A stretch of DNA of 47,496 bases from an archaeon (GTDB lineage: Archaea; B1Sed10-29; JAJSAI01). The translations under genes and the position numbers were made by a program. Position 1 is the first letter of the stretch, and the number at the start of each line of letters is the position of its first letter. The stretch lies in NCBI GenBank assembly GCA_024274695.1, contig JAJSAI010000031.1:1-47496 (forward strand), read 5' to 3'. Below are positions 29,527-39,381 of this stretch, in pieces. Below the pieces are notes generated by a model. It saw only the letters and a list, made by a program, of their open reading frames with translations, did not search any database and was not told the DNA's origin.

Positions 29527-30772
29527 ACCCTTTTCCCTTTAGAATTATCTCTTTCTTATTCAGACGATTGTGGCAGTCTACTATTATTTTTGCTGGACTT
29601 TCTATGATCTTTTTAGAATTTTCAATAAAATTATTATGCGGGACTGCTAATATTATTATGTCGACATTTTTTATGGCATCTTCAAATGAATCAACAGTGT
29701 TATACTCCGGATATACAGGATCATATACTCTTATTTCTGCTATTTTTTGAGATACTACCGACAAGAGTTTAAGCGCAGGAGACTCTCGTATATCATCTAC
29801 GTTTGGTTTATACGTGACACCTAAAAATGCGGCACGTGATCTGGAAAGTAAAATTCCATTTTTATTAGCAGAGTCATATAATTTCAACATGATATATTCT
29901 GCCATACTATCATTTATGCTCCGAGCTAGTCGAAAAAAGGAAGTGTTTCTGATATCCTTCTTTTCCATCTCTTCTATTAAATAATACGGGTCCACAGGTA
30001 TGCAGTGTCCTCCCACTCCAATACCAGGATAAAAGGGCATGAATCCGAAGGGTTTAGTTGTAGCGGCAGATATAACCTCTTTTACATCGATTTTTAGCTG
30101 ATCACAGACTCTCGCGATTTCATTGACAAATGCTATATTGACGTCTCTAAACATATTTTCATAGATTTTAGTTAATTCAGCAGTTTCAATATCAGGAGTT
30201 AAATGTGGAGGTTGTTCTAGAATATTTGTATAGAACTCTCTGGCTTTTTCTCTGCTCTTATCATTGAGAGCGCCCAGGATCCTCTTTATCCTTGGAAGGG
30301 GCCATTTATCTCCGGGTGATATCCTTTCAGGACAGTACGCTACATAAAAGTCTGTTCCTGCCTTTAGTCCCTTTCTTTCCAGTATCGGTACCACGAGGGT
30401 CCGTGTTGTTCCAGGCGCTATTGTTGATTCAATTATTATTGTTTCGCCTTTATGCAACCGTTCAGCTATCGAAGAAACTGCTTTTTCTAAGTAAGAATAG
30501 TCAGGCCGTTTGCCTGTTTTTACAGGTGTGGGAACACATACTAGAATATAATCAAAGAACTGGTCTGGCATGCTGTACGTAAATTTTTCTGAAGGAATAC
30601 TCTTAAGCAGCCTGGTCGCTTCAGGATCATCCGTGGTGACCCTTCTTTTTTGTAGGTTAAGGATTTTATTCTTGTCTATGTCATATCCTGTTACATCGTA
30701 GCCTACCTTTTTTGAATATGCTAAAAGAGGGAGGCCTACATACCCTAATCCTACCACACATACTTTTTTCAT
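29507..30772 (-). CDS. UDP-N-acetylhexosamine dehydrogenase (WecC/WbpA-like)
   Basis: Start re-assigned to MKKVCVVGLGYVGLP; CVPTP, ESTIAPGTT, PERISPG, GVGGHCIPVDP. Confidence 0.9.
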   Translation of the reverse strand: MKKVCVVGLGYVGLPLLAYSKKVGYDVTGYDIDKNKILNLQKRRVTTDDPEATRLLKSIPSEKFTYSMPDQFFDYILVCVPTPVKTGKRPDYSYLEKAVSSIAERLHKGETIIIESTIAPGTTRTLVVPILERKGLKAGTDFYVAYCPERISPGDKWPLPRIKRILGALNDKSREKAREFYTNILEQPPHLTPDIETAELTKIYENMFRDVNIAFVNEIARVCDQLKIDVKEVISAATTKPFGFMPFYPGIGVGGHCIPVDPYYLIEEMEKKDIRNTSFFRLARSINDSMAEYIMLKLYDSANKNGILLSRSRAAFLGVTYKPNVDDIRESPALKLLSVVSQKIAEIRVYDPVYPEYNTVDSFEDAIKNVDIIILAVPHNNFIENSKKIIESPAKIIVDCHNRLNKKEIILKGKGYVGIGR

Positions 30773-30783
30773 GTTTACCACTT

Positions 30784-31755
30784 TTATGGTTCTTCCTTCT
30801 CTTTTGTCAAGAGCTCTTGTAGTCGGGTCATGCCTTTGAAAAGAGATGCTTTTTCTACGATGTCGGGCACTCCTCCCACAGGGGTTGCCAGCACCCTGCA
30901 CCCGCACGCTTTGGCTTCTAGGATGCTTACCGGGAGTCCCTCTTTTTTTGAGGGCAGCACGAGGGTTTTGATCTGGTTGTAGTATTTCGGGAGTTCTTCG
31001 TGTTTGACCCTGCCAGTGAACTTAATGTGTTTGAGTCCGAGTTCTTTAGCTAGTTTTTCCAGGTTTTCTTTTTCTGGCCCATCTCCTATTATGATTATTT
31101 TCATTTCCTTATTAACTTTTGCGGCTGCTTTCAGGATCCAGTCCACTCTTTTTAGCTTGGTCAGCCTGCCCACGTACCCTATGTCATACTCTCTCTTTTC
31201 CAGGGGCACTATTGGCCGGAATTTTCTGGTGTCTACTGGTTGTGAGAGTTCTACTCTTGACCCTGGAATCTTTGGGCCTATCCGAGAGTGGGTGTAGATT
31301 AGTTCTGCCCTTGCCATTAGGACCATAGGGTAAAACAGGAGATCAAAAATCCTGTTAAGGACAGCTGCAAGGGTGCTGCTGCCTGCTTGCGCGTGATAAG
31401 TTATCCTGAGTTTCTTCTTGTGTAGCACTGCATACAGCCAGGCCCACAGGAACCCCCAAGGGTTTGGGTAGTGCTCGTGGATAATGTCAGGATCTATTTC
31501 AACTAGCTCTGGGTAGACTCGGTATACGGGCTCGTTGAACAGTACGTAGTAAGGGAGGCTGTGCACTGTGACTCCCAGGACCTTTTTGGGCTTTCCTGTT
31601 GGCAGGGTTGTTACCACGTGAACCTCGTGCCCTTCTTTTGCTTGCTTTTTGGCCAGTTCCTCCGCGACCGTTTCCACGCCCCCGTAGTGGTGCCAGTACC
31701 TGACAATATGTACTATCCTGAGCCCGCCAGTCTTTTCAGCCCTTCTTCCAGGCAT
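30784..31755 (-). CDS. GT4 glycosyltransferase
   Basis: GGVE, YVGRL, EGLPVSILEAKACG. Confidence 0.88.
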   Translation of the reverse strand: MPGRRAEKTGGLRIVHIVRYWHHYGGVETVAEELAKKQAKEGHEVHVVTTLPTGKPKKVLGVTVHSLPYYVLFNEPVYRVYPELVEIDPDIIHEHYPNPWGFLWAWLYAVLHKKKLRITYHAQAGSSTLAAVLNRIFDLLFYPMVLMARAELIYTHSRIGPKIPGSRVELSQPVDTRKFRPIVPLEKREYDIGYVGRLTKLKRVDWILKAAAKVNKEMKIIIIGDGPEKENLEKLAKELGLKHIKFTGRVKHEELPKYYNQIKTLVLPSKKEGLPVSILEAKACGCRVLATPVGGVPDIVEKASLFKGMTRLQELLTKEKEEP

Positions 31756-32594
31756 GTTTTAGGCCTCCATCCGAGTTGTAGGGAGAGCGTGGTGTCCGCC
31801 GCGCTCCGGGGCACGTCTCCAGGAACAGGGTCAACGTGGATCACGGGAGAGGCTGATCCCAGGACCGATTTTATTGTTTCAGCAAGCTGGTTTATGCTCG
31901 TCTCTTTTCCTGTCCCGATGTTGAACGTGTGGTTTCTTCCCAGCATTTTCGCTAGCGCGTCTGCAACGTCTTCCACGTACACGAAGTCCCTTGTCTGGTT
32001 CCCGTCCCCGTAGATCTTGAGTGGTTTTCCCTCGCGCGCGAGGGTGATGAATTTTGTTATGACCCCAGAGTATGGGTTTCCAGGGTCTTGCCCTGGACCG
32101 TAAATGTTGAACGGTCTTGCGATCGCGATTTTAGAGTATCTTCTGTAGTACTCACAGGCCTTTTCTCCCAGGATTTTTGTCAGACCATAGGGGTTCTCTG
32201 GGTTCAAAGGATGCGATTCTGGTGTTGGCACCTGCTGCGGGGTTCCGTAGACTGCTGCGGAGGAAACGAACACGATCGGTTTTCCCTTGTTGGCCTCTAG
32301 CACGTTCACTGTCCCTGTCACGTTCACGTCAAAGTACTCCCCTGGTTTTTGGAATGATTCTGGGACTGAAACCTTTGCGGCCAGGTGGAACACGGCGTCA
32401 ACATCATGCGATGCCCTTAGCACGTCTTTTGGGTTCCGGGTGTCCCCGACCACTAGCTCGACCTCGTCCGGCACGTTCTCTTCTTTCCCGGTGCTCAGGT
32501 TGTCCAGGACCACTACCTCGTGACCGAGTGCTTTCAGTTTCCTGCACAGGTGGGATCCCAGGAACCCTGCGCCTCCTGTTACCAGGACCCTCAT
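31713..32594 (-). CDS. UDP-hexose 4-epimerase-like SDR
   Basis: TGGAGFLG, SSAAVYG, YGLTK, NIYGPGQ, QTRDFVYV. Confidence 0.88.
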   Translation of the reverse strand: MRVLVTGGAGFLGSHLCRKLKALGHEVVVLDNLSTGKEENVPDEVELVVGDTRNPKDVLRASHDVDAVFHLAAKVSVPESFQKPGEYFDVNVTGTVNVLEANKGKPIVFVSSAAVYGTPQQVPTPESHPLNPENPYGLTKILGEKACEYYRRYSKIAIARPFNIYGPGQDPGNPYSGVITKFITLAREGKPLKIYGDGNQTRDFVYVEDVADALAKMLGRNHTFNIGTGKETSINQLAETIKSVLGSASPVIHVDPVPGDVPRSAADTTLSLQLGWRPKTCLEEGLKRLAGSG

Positions 32595-32601
32595 TTTCCT
32601 T

Positions 32602-33591
32602 TCACCACGCGTACGCTACTACGGCCAGGACTATCAGGGCCTGGATCGCGTACGTGTCAAGTACTATTCTTCTTTCGGTCAGGGGCCCGTGAATTCTCAT
32701 GAGCAGGTGCGGGAATGTTTCGATGATGTTGCTGGCTGGCTCGAGCCTTCCGTCTTTCCTGAGCCTGCTCCACCAAGTGTTCTTGAACTTTTTCCTGGCC
32801 TTAAGCCCTAACTCAAGGAAGTACAGTGGGAACATCAGCAGGCCTGCTTTTTCCATGTTTCCTATGATAACAGCGTTTGCTATCACTGCCCCTACGAGAA
32901 AGTCAGCCATTCCAGGCAGGCACCTGGCGGGATAAAAGTTGTAGTACCAGAACGCCAGGAAAGAACCGATTCCCGCGGCCAGAAGCAGTGCAGCGTGCAG
33001 GTTCCCGGTGTGCAGGGCGATTGCCAGCAAGCCCGTCATTGTTATTATTCCAGCCCCGCTGCTTATCCCGTTGTATCCCGCGAGCATGTTGGTCGCGTTG
33101 CTTGCCCCGAGTACTCCGAGGATCACGAGTATGTAATAGAATGCTCCGAAGTCAACTGTTCCCAGGAGGGGCACGGTCATGACCGTGGTCCCGGCCTTGA
33201 CAGCTATCAGGGGTACTGCTCCTAAGGCTGGTATGAGCGCTTTCATCTTGTTGCTTATTTTCAGCAGGTCGTCCACGAACGCCATGAAGGCAATGAGTGA
33301 CACTGATGTGAGCATTGCCAGGAGCATGCTTGTCTTGTTCCCTCCCAAAAACGTGAAGTACGCTACTGCTGCCAGAACTCCCATTGCCAGCGCAAAGTAT
33401 ACCCCCACTCCCCCTATTTTGGGCACGAGCGGCCTGCCCTTTTTATGCAGGTCAGGGACCATCAGTCCCAGGTCAACTATCCCAGAAAACTTGAGCCCCT
33501 TAACCATGCTGATTAGTTTCTCGAGCACCAGCACTCCCGTTATCAGGGACACTAGGAAGACAGCGAGTATTACCAGCATTTGTTGTTTCAC
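32602..33591 (-). CDS. Polyprenyl-phosphate HexNAc-1-phosphate transferase (GPT/AglH, MraY-like)
   Basis: DLHK, PKIGG, FVDDLL, NATNMLAGYNG, YNFYPA; adjacent to aglB. Confidence 0.82.
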   Translation of the reverse strand: MKQQMLVILAVFLVSLITGVLVLEKLISMVKGLKFSGIVDLGLMVPDLHKKGRPLVPKIGGVGVYFALAMGVLAAVAYFTFLGGNKTSMLLAMLTSVSLIAFMAFVDDLLKISNKMKALIPALGAVPLIAVKAGTTVMTVPLLGTVDFGAFYYILVILGVLGASNATNMLAGYNGISSGAGIITMTGLLAIALHTGNLHAALLLAAGIGSFLAFWYYNFYPARCLPGMADFLVGAVIANAVIIGNMEKAGLLMFPLYFLELGLKARKKFKNTWWSRLRKDGRLEPASNIIETFPHLLMRIHGPLTERRIVLDTYAIQALIVLAVVAYAW

Positions 33592-36122
33592 CGTCCCCTA
33601 TTCTTGTACACTGTGAGGAACTGTTCCGTCCACGCCGGCAGGTCAGGATCTTTTCTTGGGAACTTGTCCGGGTCAGGCACTCCTTCCCAGTTTATCTCGT
33701 ATATCTTGTTCCATCCGTTATCGTACACGAGCTTCACGTGCTTCAGGCTCGGGTCCTTGAAGTAGAGCCGGTAGAGGAAGGAGTAGAAAGCAGGCACTTC
33801 AGGGGACACTGCGAACATGGTGTACGCTCTCCCGTCCACGTCTGGCACTAGTTTTTCCTTCACTCCTCTTTTCTCAAGCTGCTTGTTGTACCAGTCCATC
33901 AAAGAAAGCCAGCCCTGCTCTGTCACCCCATACCCTGTCAGGGAACTGAGTGCTTTATAGTACTCTCCTTCGCTGGAGTCGTTCTCGAAGAAGACCCTCA
34001 TGGTCACGTTCCGGCCCTGGAACAGCGCTGGGAAAGTGTACACGTTCCTGTCACCCGGCCAGGTCTCGTTAAAGTAGAGTACCTTGCCCGCGGATGGATC
34101 GTACAGTATTCCTTTCTTCTCGTCGTACGAGAACACTATCGGGTAAAAGCTCACCCCAGACTCTCTGCTTTGCTTGACAGGCACGAAGCACACGAGGAGA
34201 GTTCTGTTGTTCGCGGTGTCGCATGGGATGTCCACGCCGGAGCCGATGACATTGTTGGCTATCCTCTGGGGCGCTCCGAATTTTCCTACGACCATTTCCT
34301 TGTCTATTAGTATGTGAGTGGTCCCGAACGGCTTTAGTATGGAGAGGGACTCCAGTTCTGCCCTTTCCAGAGCCTCTGGGCTCGCGTCGCACACTATCCC
34401 CATGGATGTCCTCCTGCACGGGGGAGTGTGCGTGAACGATGCGGCTGTCACGTAAATGGATCCTGGGGTCGAGTGAACGTTGTCAGTGAGCATGCTCACC
34501 TTTTTCCCGTTAAAGTATGCGATCCAGTGGCCGTAGTCCCACCAGAACGCGAACACGGAACCGTTCGGGATGTTTCGGTCAATGAACTTGAACGTCTCCC
34601 ACCAGCTTGGCGGCACGTCGTAAGAGTACGTGCTGCTAACATTGTATAGGAACATGTTGTAGGGCAGGGTTAGCAGGAGCACGAGTGACAGCAGTCCCAC
34701 TTTTGCTAGCCTCTCTAACCTGCTCTTTTTCATGTAGTCCAACGCGAGTTTGATCATGTTCCACGCCTGTCCGAAAAAGTATCCTGTCCCAAGAGCAACA
34801 ATTCCGGACAGGAAGAACGCTGTCTGGATCCTGTCGCTCTGTGTGACCAGCGCGGCTATCACGATGAACCCCACGAGCGCATCAAACTCGTAGTACCATC
34901 TTCTCTCTTTTATCAGTGGTACCAGCACTGTCTTCACCAGCGCCCAGAGTCCTCCTATGAACGCGGTCCAGATGAAGATCCCGAACGCCGCGCCTCCCAT
35001 TTTAGACAACACTTCCAGCCTGGCCGTGAGACTGCCTCCTATCTTCTGCTGTTCTGCGATGGTGGTGTCCAGTCTCTGCACGTAGTCCGGCTTTTCTCCC
35101 GCGGTTCCCCCTAGGGAGATTCCGAACAGTGACAGTGGGGCCTTGTAGAGGGAGGCGGAGTACACAGGTGCGAAGATTCCCACGAGCACTATGGCTAGTA
35201 GGCTTGAGAATACCACCGGGTCCCTGTACTCCTTCCAGACCTTTTCTATCTTCTTTCCTTCAAAGTAAACAAGTTGCAGCAGCGAGCAGTAGAGCACTGC
35301 CCCTACCAGCGGGAGGAGGGAGGACACGACGTATCTCGTGGGGCCTATGAGCTGGGTGACGAGCAGTGCAGGGAGGATGCTCGCCATCGCGACAATGTAT
35401 CTTCTTTTATTGACTGGCTCCTTCAGGTAGCCTGCCATCTTCATCACTGCGAGGAAAGTAAACCATGCTATCATGGTCGCAGTTATGCCGAAGACTGCCA
35501 CCAGGTAGGACTGCCAGGTGAGGGAAAGCCACGAGAACGCCAGAAAGTTTATGACCAAGTACTTCGGTTTTCTCTCCCTTGCCGCGAGAAGGAACGTGTA
35601 CAGCGCCACGAACAACAGGGACAGTCCCAGCGCGTCGTTTTCAGCGTGCGCGTATATAGAGTACTGCAAGTGAGCCACAGATCCTGACAGGAACAGCGCG
35701 CCCGCCAGCCCTGCGGCCCGGTTGAACGCCTTGCGCAGGAAAAGGTAAACGGCAGGTATTGCGAGCGCTCCGAATATTGCGGTGTTCCAGCTGGCGACCT
35801 TTCCGAACAAATCGTAGTCAAAGCCATTGACTCCCATCAGGGACGCGGTGAGTTTGTACGTTCCTGCGTTCAAGAGCCACCATCCGGACTCAGAAGGGGT
35901 TGCTATCCTCCCGTAAGGGTAGTCTATCATTGTTTCATTGTACGGGAACCATCCTCCTTCTATAATGTGCTGGGTGTGCCTGGCCGCCCAGAAGGAGTCA
36001 AACCCCATTATGTTAGGGAAGTGGTCTGCAGGGGCGGCCCGTATTCCGAGGGCGAGAAGGTATAGCCCGAGCACGAGCAGGATGTCTATCTTGTTTTCTG
36101 AAACCCATTTCCTGAAGTTCAT
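33588..36122 (-). CDS. aglB: Oligosaccharyltransferase (STT3 family)
   Basis: WWDYG motif, TIAE motif, GFDS, multi-TM N-terminal domain. Confidence 0.92.
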   Translation of the reverse strand: MNFRKWVSENKIDILLVLGLYLLALGIRAAPADHFPNIMGFDSFWAARHTQHIIEGGWFPYNETMIDYPYGRIATPSESGWWLLNAGTYKLTASLMGVNGFDYDLFGKVASWNTAIFGALAIPAVYLFLRKAFNRAAGLAGALFLSGSVAHLQYSIYAHAENDALGLSLLFVALYTFLLAARERKPKYLVINFLAFSWLSLTWQSYLVAVFGITATMIAWFTFLAVMKMAGYLKEPVNKRRYIVAMASILPALLVTQLIGPTRYVVSSLLPLVGAVLYCSLLQLVYFEGKKIEKVWKEYRDPVVFSSLLAIVLVGIFAPVYSASLYKAPLSLFGISLGGTAGEKPDYVQRLDTTIAEQQKIGGSLTARLEVLSKMGGAAFGIFIWTAFIGGLWALVKTVLVPLIKERRWYYEFDALVGFIVIAALVTQSDRIQTAFFLSGIVALGTGYFFGQAWNMIKLALDYMKKSRLERLAKVGLLSLVLLLTLPYNMFLYNVSSTYSYDVPPSWWETFKFIDRNIPNGSVFAFWWDYGHWIAYFNGKKVSMLTDNVHSTPGSIYVTAASFTHTPPCRRTSMGIVCDASPEALERAELESLSILKPFGTTHILIDKEMVVGKFGAPQRIANNVIGSGVDIPCDTANNRTLLVCFVPVKQSRESGVSFYPIVFSYDEKKGILYDPSAGKVLYFNETWPGDRNVYTFPALFQGRNVTMRVFFENDSSEGEYYKALSSLTGYGVTEQGWLSLMDWYNKQLEKRGVKEKLVPDVDGRAYTMFAVSPEVPAFYSFLYRLYFKDPSLKHVKLVYDNGWNKIYEINWEGVPDPDKFPRKDPDLPAWTEQFLTVYKNRGR

Positions 36123-36161
36123 TCCACAACACCGGACTAGTTGTTCTTTAGCCAGCAGGAA

Positions 36162-36722
36162 TTAAAAAAGGGTTGCGGTCAGGGTCAAAACAGTCCCGGC
36201 CACCAATGGGATGAGTATATTATCGTCAACCGGGGAGTACAGTTCTGTTAACGAGGAAGCAGCGCAGGCTGGGAGAGTGGTCTGCACCGGCAGGAACAGG
36301 CTGCTGACGGCCAGCGCGCTCAGAAACCCTGCGAGCGTTCCCTCAAAAGTCTTTTTTCCCCTGATCCTAACACGCCCGAAGGCCATCCCACACACGGTCG
36401 AGAAACTGTCAAGGAACGAGAGTATGAGTACTGACACGAACGCGGTGTACGGTCCGAAGAGCACGAGGCAGGCGTACGCTCCCAGGAAAAAGTTTATCGT
36501 GCCCTTTCCAGGGCGCACATTCTTCCTTTCCATCCTGTTCAGGAACCAGTCCACAACAGGAATCCTGAAGCCAGCGAGGGCTAGCAGGCTCAGGGTCACT
36601 CCCGCGAGCAGTATCCCAGAAAGAGCGAGGATGCTTACACTTTCTCCGGACAGCAGGATTCCGCAGGCAAGCGCTGTTCCCATCAAGAGGTGCACTAGGT
36701 TGCGTTCTGTTTCTTTCCGCAT
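36162..36722 (-). CDS. Dolichol/phytol kinase family membrane protein
   Basis: RNLVH, DSFSTVCG, KKTFEGT, DDNILIP. Confidence 0.82.
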   Translation of the reverse strand: MRKETERNLVHLLMGTALACGILLSGESVSILALSGILLAGVTLSLLALAGFRIPVVDWFLNRMERKNVRPGKGTINFFLGAYACLVLFGPYTAFVSVLILSFLDSFSTVCGMAFGRVRIRGKKTFEGTLAGFLSALAVSSLFLPVQTTLPACAASSLTELYSPVDDNILIPLVAGTVLTLTATLF

Positions 36723-36772
36723 CCAAAAAGGTTTTAAATGGATTAGACTAAATAAACTTTCTGGATGAGGGT

Positions 36773-36891
36773 GGGCCCATAGCTCAGCCAGGTTAGAGCG
36801 CCGGTCTTATATGGCCCGCTCTAGCACAGGTTTTGCTGGCGGCGCTTGAGAGAACCGGAGGTCCTTGGTTCGAATCCGAGTGGGCCCACCA
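36773..36891 (+). tRNA. tRNA-Ile(UAU) with 41-nt intron (36812-36852) at 37/38; CCA encoded
   Basis: GGGCCCA/TGGGCCC acceptor, A73, CCGGT/ACCGG anticodon stem, loop CT-TAT-A/A, TTCGAAT T-loop, BHB at the exon-intron junctions. Confidence 0.88.
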
Positions 36892-36928
36892 CCCTAACTC
36901 CATCTCTAACGAAAAAGGAGGGTTTTTG

Positions 36929-37711
36929 ATGGCTACAAGAGGACGTAAGAGGAAAAAAGAAGCGGATTTTGTTGAGAAAATCCAGAAGAAGGAGAGGACG
37001 TGGTTCAAGGAATGGAATCCTGAGATAATGCTCGTGACAGTCGTCGGTGTTCTCATGATCCTCGGCCTGAGTGTTGTGGCAGCGGCCAAGATAGGAGAAG
37101 TGCACGACACTCTCGCCAGGTCTAACCAGGAGCTGAACAACAAGATAAGCGCGCTTAACACCAAGATAACCGGGCTGAATAACGAGATCCTGACGCTGAA
37201 AGCAAGTTCTGGAGGATGCCTGTTCGAGCTCAACCAGTCCAACCAGACTCTTTGTACCGTGAAGGACAAGGTTGACAAGAGCCTTGCAGGAGTTCAGATG
37301 AAGCTTCCGCTGGAGTCTAACATCCTATGCTCTGACAACACGATGTGCCTGCCGGAGCACGGGAAGGCAAGGATACTAAGGTTCGTTTCCCCAACGTGCC
37401 CGTACTGCCACGCTCAGGAGCCTATCCTGCAGGAGATCTCCCAGAAGTACCCCGAGGTGGAAGTCAAGAACGTCTGCTTCCCAATACACCAGGGAGACGA
37501 CCAGCTTTGCAAGGAGAACGCTGACGCGTACGATATTGACTACGAGACAGGACTTGAACTGGCCAAGCAGTTCCACGTGAGCGGCACGCCGACCCTAGTT
37601 ATAGACTGCGTGTACAAGAGGACAGGCAGTTACGCGCTCTATGACCAGATGAAGAACACCAGCTACGAGAAGGAGGACCTGGAGAACCTGTTCAAAGCGC
37701 TCAGCGCGTGA
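36929..37711 (+). CDS. Membrane-anchored thioredoxin-fold protein with coiled-coil stalk
   Basis: Start after GGAGG; TM helix, heptad repeats, CPYC, GTPT motif. Confidence 0.82.
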   Translation: MATRGRKRKKEADFVEKIQKKERTWFKEWNPEIMLVTVVGVLMILGLSVVAAAKIGEVHDTLARSNQELNNKISALNTKITGLNNEILTLKASSGGCLFELNQSNQTLCTVKDKVDKSLAGVQMKLPLESNILCSDNTMCLPEHGKARILRFVSPTCPYCHAQEPILQEISQKYPEVEVKNVCFPIHQGDDQLCKENADAYDIDYETGLELAKQFHVSGTPTLVIDCVYKRTGSYALYDQMKNTSYEKEDLENLFKALSA

Positions 37712-37727
37712 AAACCCCCTCTCTTTT

Positions 37728-38393
37728 TTACCCTGTTTTTAACGCTATTATCGCGGCATGGTCTTTCTCAAAAGGATCAAGCCTTACCACGTCAACCACC
37801 TCCAGGCCCGCTTTTTCTATCTTCTTTTTCTCTTCCCTGAAGATTGTTTGGGGGTCTCTTGTGACGTCAATGCTCCTTGCCTTAACCATTATCATGAACA
37901 GCCCCTTCTCCTTCAGGAACATGCGCACGTTCTTCAAGCCTATCTCAGTCTGCCTTTTTTGGGCGACGTCCTCGTAAACCACATCAACCTTTCCGGGCAC
38001 CAAGTCAGCGTACTCTTCAGGATTGTTCGCGTCAGCGAAGACGGGGATCATGTTCTGCCTCTCCTCGCACAGGGGCAGGAGCTTCTCGAACGCCTTGGCA
38101 GAGAACTCAACGCATATAACAAGACCTTGGGGGCCGACGATGTCCGAGACGTGGGAGGGAGTGGTTCCCTGAGCAGCCCCAAGGTATAGTACCACGTCAC
38201 CCTCTTTAGGAAGAGGGCCCTTGTACCCTTTTTTTATCAGCGCGGCCAGCTTTGACCTTCGCGGGTTCCATTCCCTGTACTCCTTGCCCTTCCATTTTAC
38301 CAGTCTTTCTCCGTAAACCCTCTTGCCTGGCGTGAGGTTAAGAGTGTAAATTCTCCTCCCGTCAGAGTAAATGTTGCTTCCAATCTTCCTCAT
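37728..38393 (-). CDS. flpA: Fibrillarin-like rRNA/tRNA 2'-O-methyltransferase
   Basis: VYGE, YREWNPRRSKLAA, VLYLGAAQGTTPSHVSD, KARSIDVT. Confidence 0.95.
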   Translation of the reverse strand: MRKIGSNIYSDGRRIYTLNLTPGKRVYGERLVKWKGKEYREWNPRRSKLAALIKKGYKGPLPKEGDVVLYLGAAQGTTPSHVSDIVGPQGLVICVEFSAKAFEKLLPLCEERQNMIPVFADANNPEEYADLVPGKVDVVYEDVAQKRQTEIGLKNVRMFLKEKGLFMIMVKARSIDVTRDPQTIFREEKKKIEKAGLEVVDVVRLDPFEKDHAAIIALKTG

Positions 38394-39112
38394 TTTTTAG
38401 ACCTCCTTAGGATGAGTATCACTCCAAGTAACATCACCGCTCCGAACACGGCGGGTATGACTGATACCAGAACAAAAAGCCGTTCCATGTACTTTTCTTC
38501 TCCCTCCCTTTTTATGGTCCACCCCTGCTTGAGGGGCTTTTCAAGGTCCCCCCTTTCAAGACAGTACATGCTTCCAGGAATGTTCTCGTTGACCTTCAGG
38601 ACTATCCTCTCGTTAAGCACGTTCCCTTGCGCCACTGCAGTGTACGAGAGGCTCATGTGCGGGCTGGTGACAGAATAGTTTTTGGGAGCAGTTTCCAGCG
38701 AGTATCCTGGAGGGATAATGATCCTGGAAACGATTTCCTGCTCGATAGGGCCTATAGCGCCAGAAGGGTTCTCGCAGTACTCGTCCACGAATCCTTTTCC
38801 CCCTAATTTTATCAGCCCGTTCTCCTGCTGGACCGCATACCCGGGGAGCACTCCTTCTGCCCCGAGCCTGATCCTGGAAAGATTCCTTTCAAAAAACCAT
38901 TCGCTTATGCTCATTTCAGGCGCTCTGGACTGGACGAACTCCTCCCGGAAGAGCCTGAACGCGGTCCACACGCTGGAATAGTTAGAGTACTCTTCCGTGA
39001 AAGAGTAGTGGTCAGTAAGGTTACTGTCAAGAACATGCGTGTTCTCCCTGACCACCTCGTACCCGAGGGATGGGGAGATCAGGAGCAAGGCCAGCGCAAG
39101 CATTCTCTTCAT
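38390..39112 (-). CDS. Hypothetical secreted protein with C-terminal membrane anchor
   Basis: Signal peptide, NxS/T sequons, C-terminal TM followed by RRSKK. Confidence 0.65.
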   Translation of the reverse strand: MKRMLALALLLISPSLGYEVVRENTHVLDSNLTDHYSFTEEYSNYSSVWTAFRLFREEFVQSRAPEMSISEWFFERNLSRIRLGAEGVLPGYAVQQENGLIKLGGKGFVDEYCENPSGAIGPIEQEIVSRIIIPPGYSLETAPKNYSVTSPHMSLSYTAVAQGNVLNERIVLKVNENIPGSMYCLERGDLEKPLKQGWTIKREGEEKYMERLFVLVSVIPAVFGAVMLLGVILILRRSKK

Positions 39113-39113
39113 T

Positions 39114-39374
39114 TTACAACAGCCCGCTTACAGACAGTATCATGAGTATTATCAGCGCGAGTATGACCACTTTTGCCATGTACCCTATTCCACTCTCTTT
39201 TCTCACCACTTCGTCTCCCTTCTTCTGGACCCTGCGCAGGTGCCAGGGCGCGTGCGTGAGCAGGAACTGCCTCAAGCCCTTCTCGGTCGCGACCATCCTG
39301 GATATCCTTTCAGCCTCGTACACCATTCCTGTGATGAAACCTATTGCGAAGGCTACTGCCAGCTCGTACAACAT
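39114..39374 (-). CDS. Small hypothetical membrane protein
   Basis: Two hydrophobic segments; tight operon spacing. Confidence 0.6.
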   Translation of the reverse strand: MLYELAVAFAIGFITGMVYEAERISRMVATEKGLRQFLLTHAPWHLRRVQKKGDEVVRKESGIGYMAKVVILALIILMILSVSGLL

Positions 39375-39381
39375 ACTGCCA

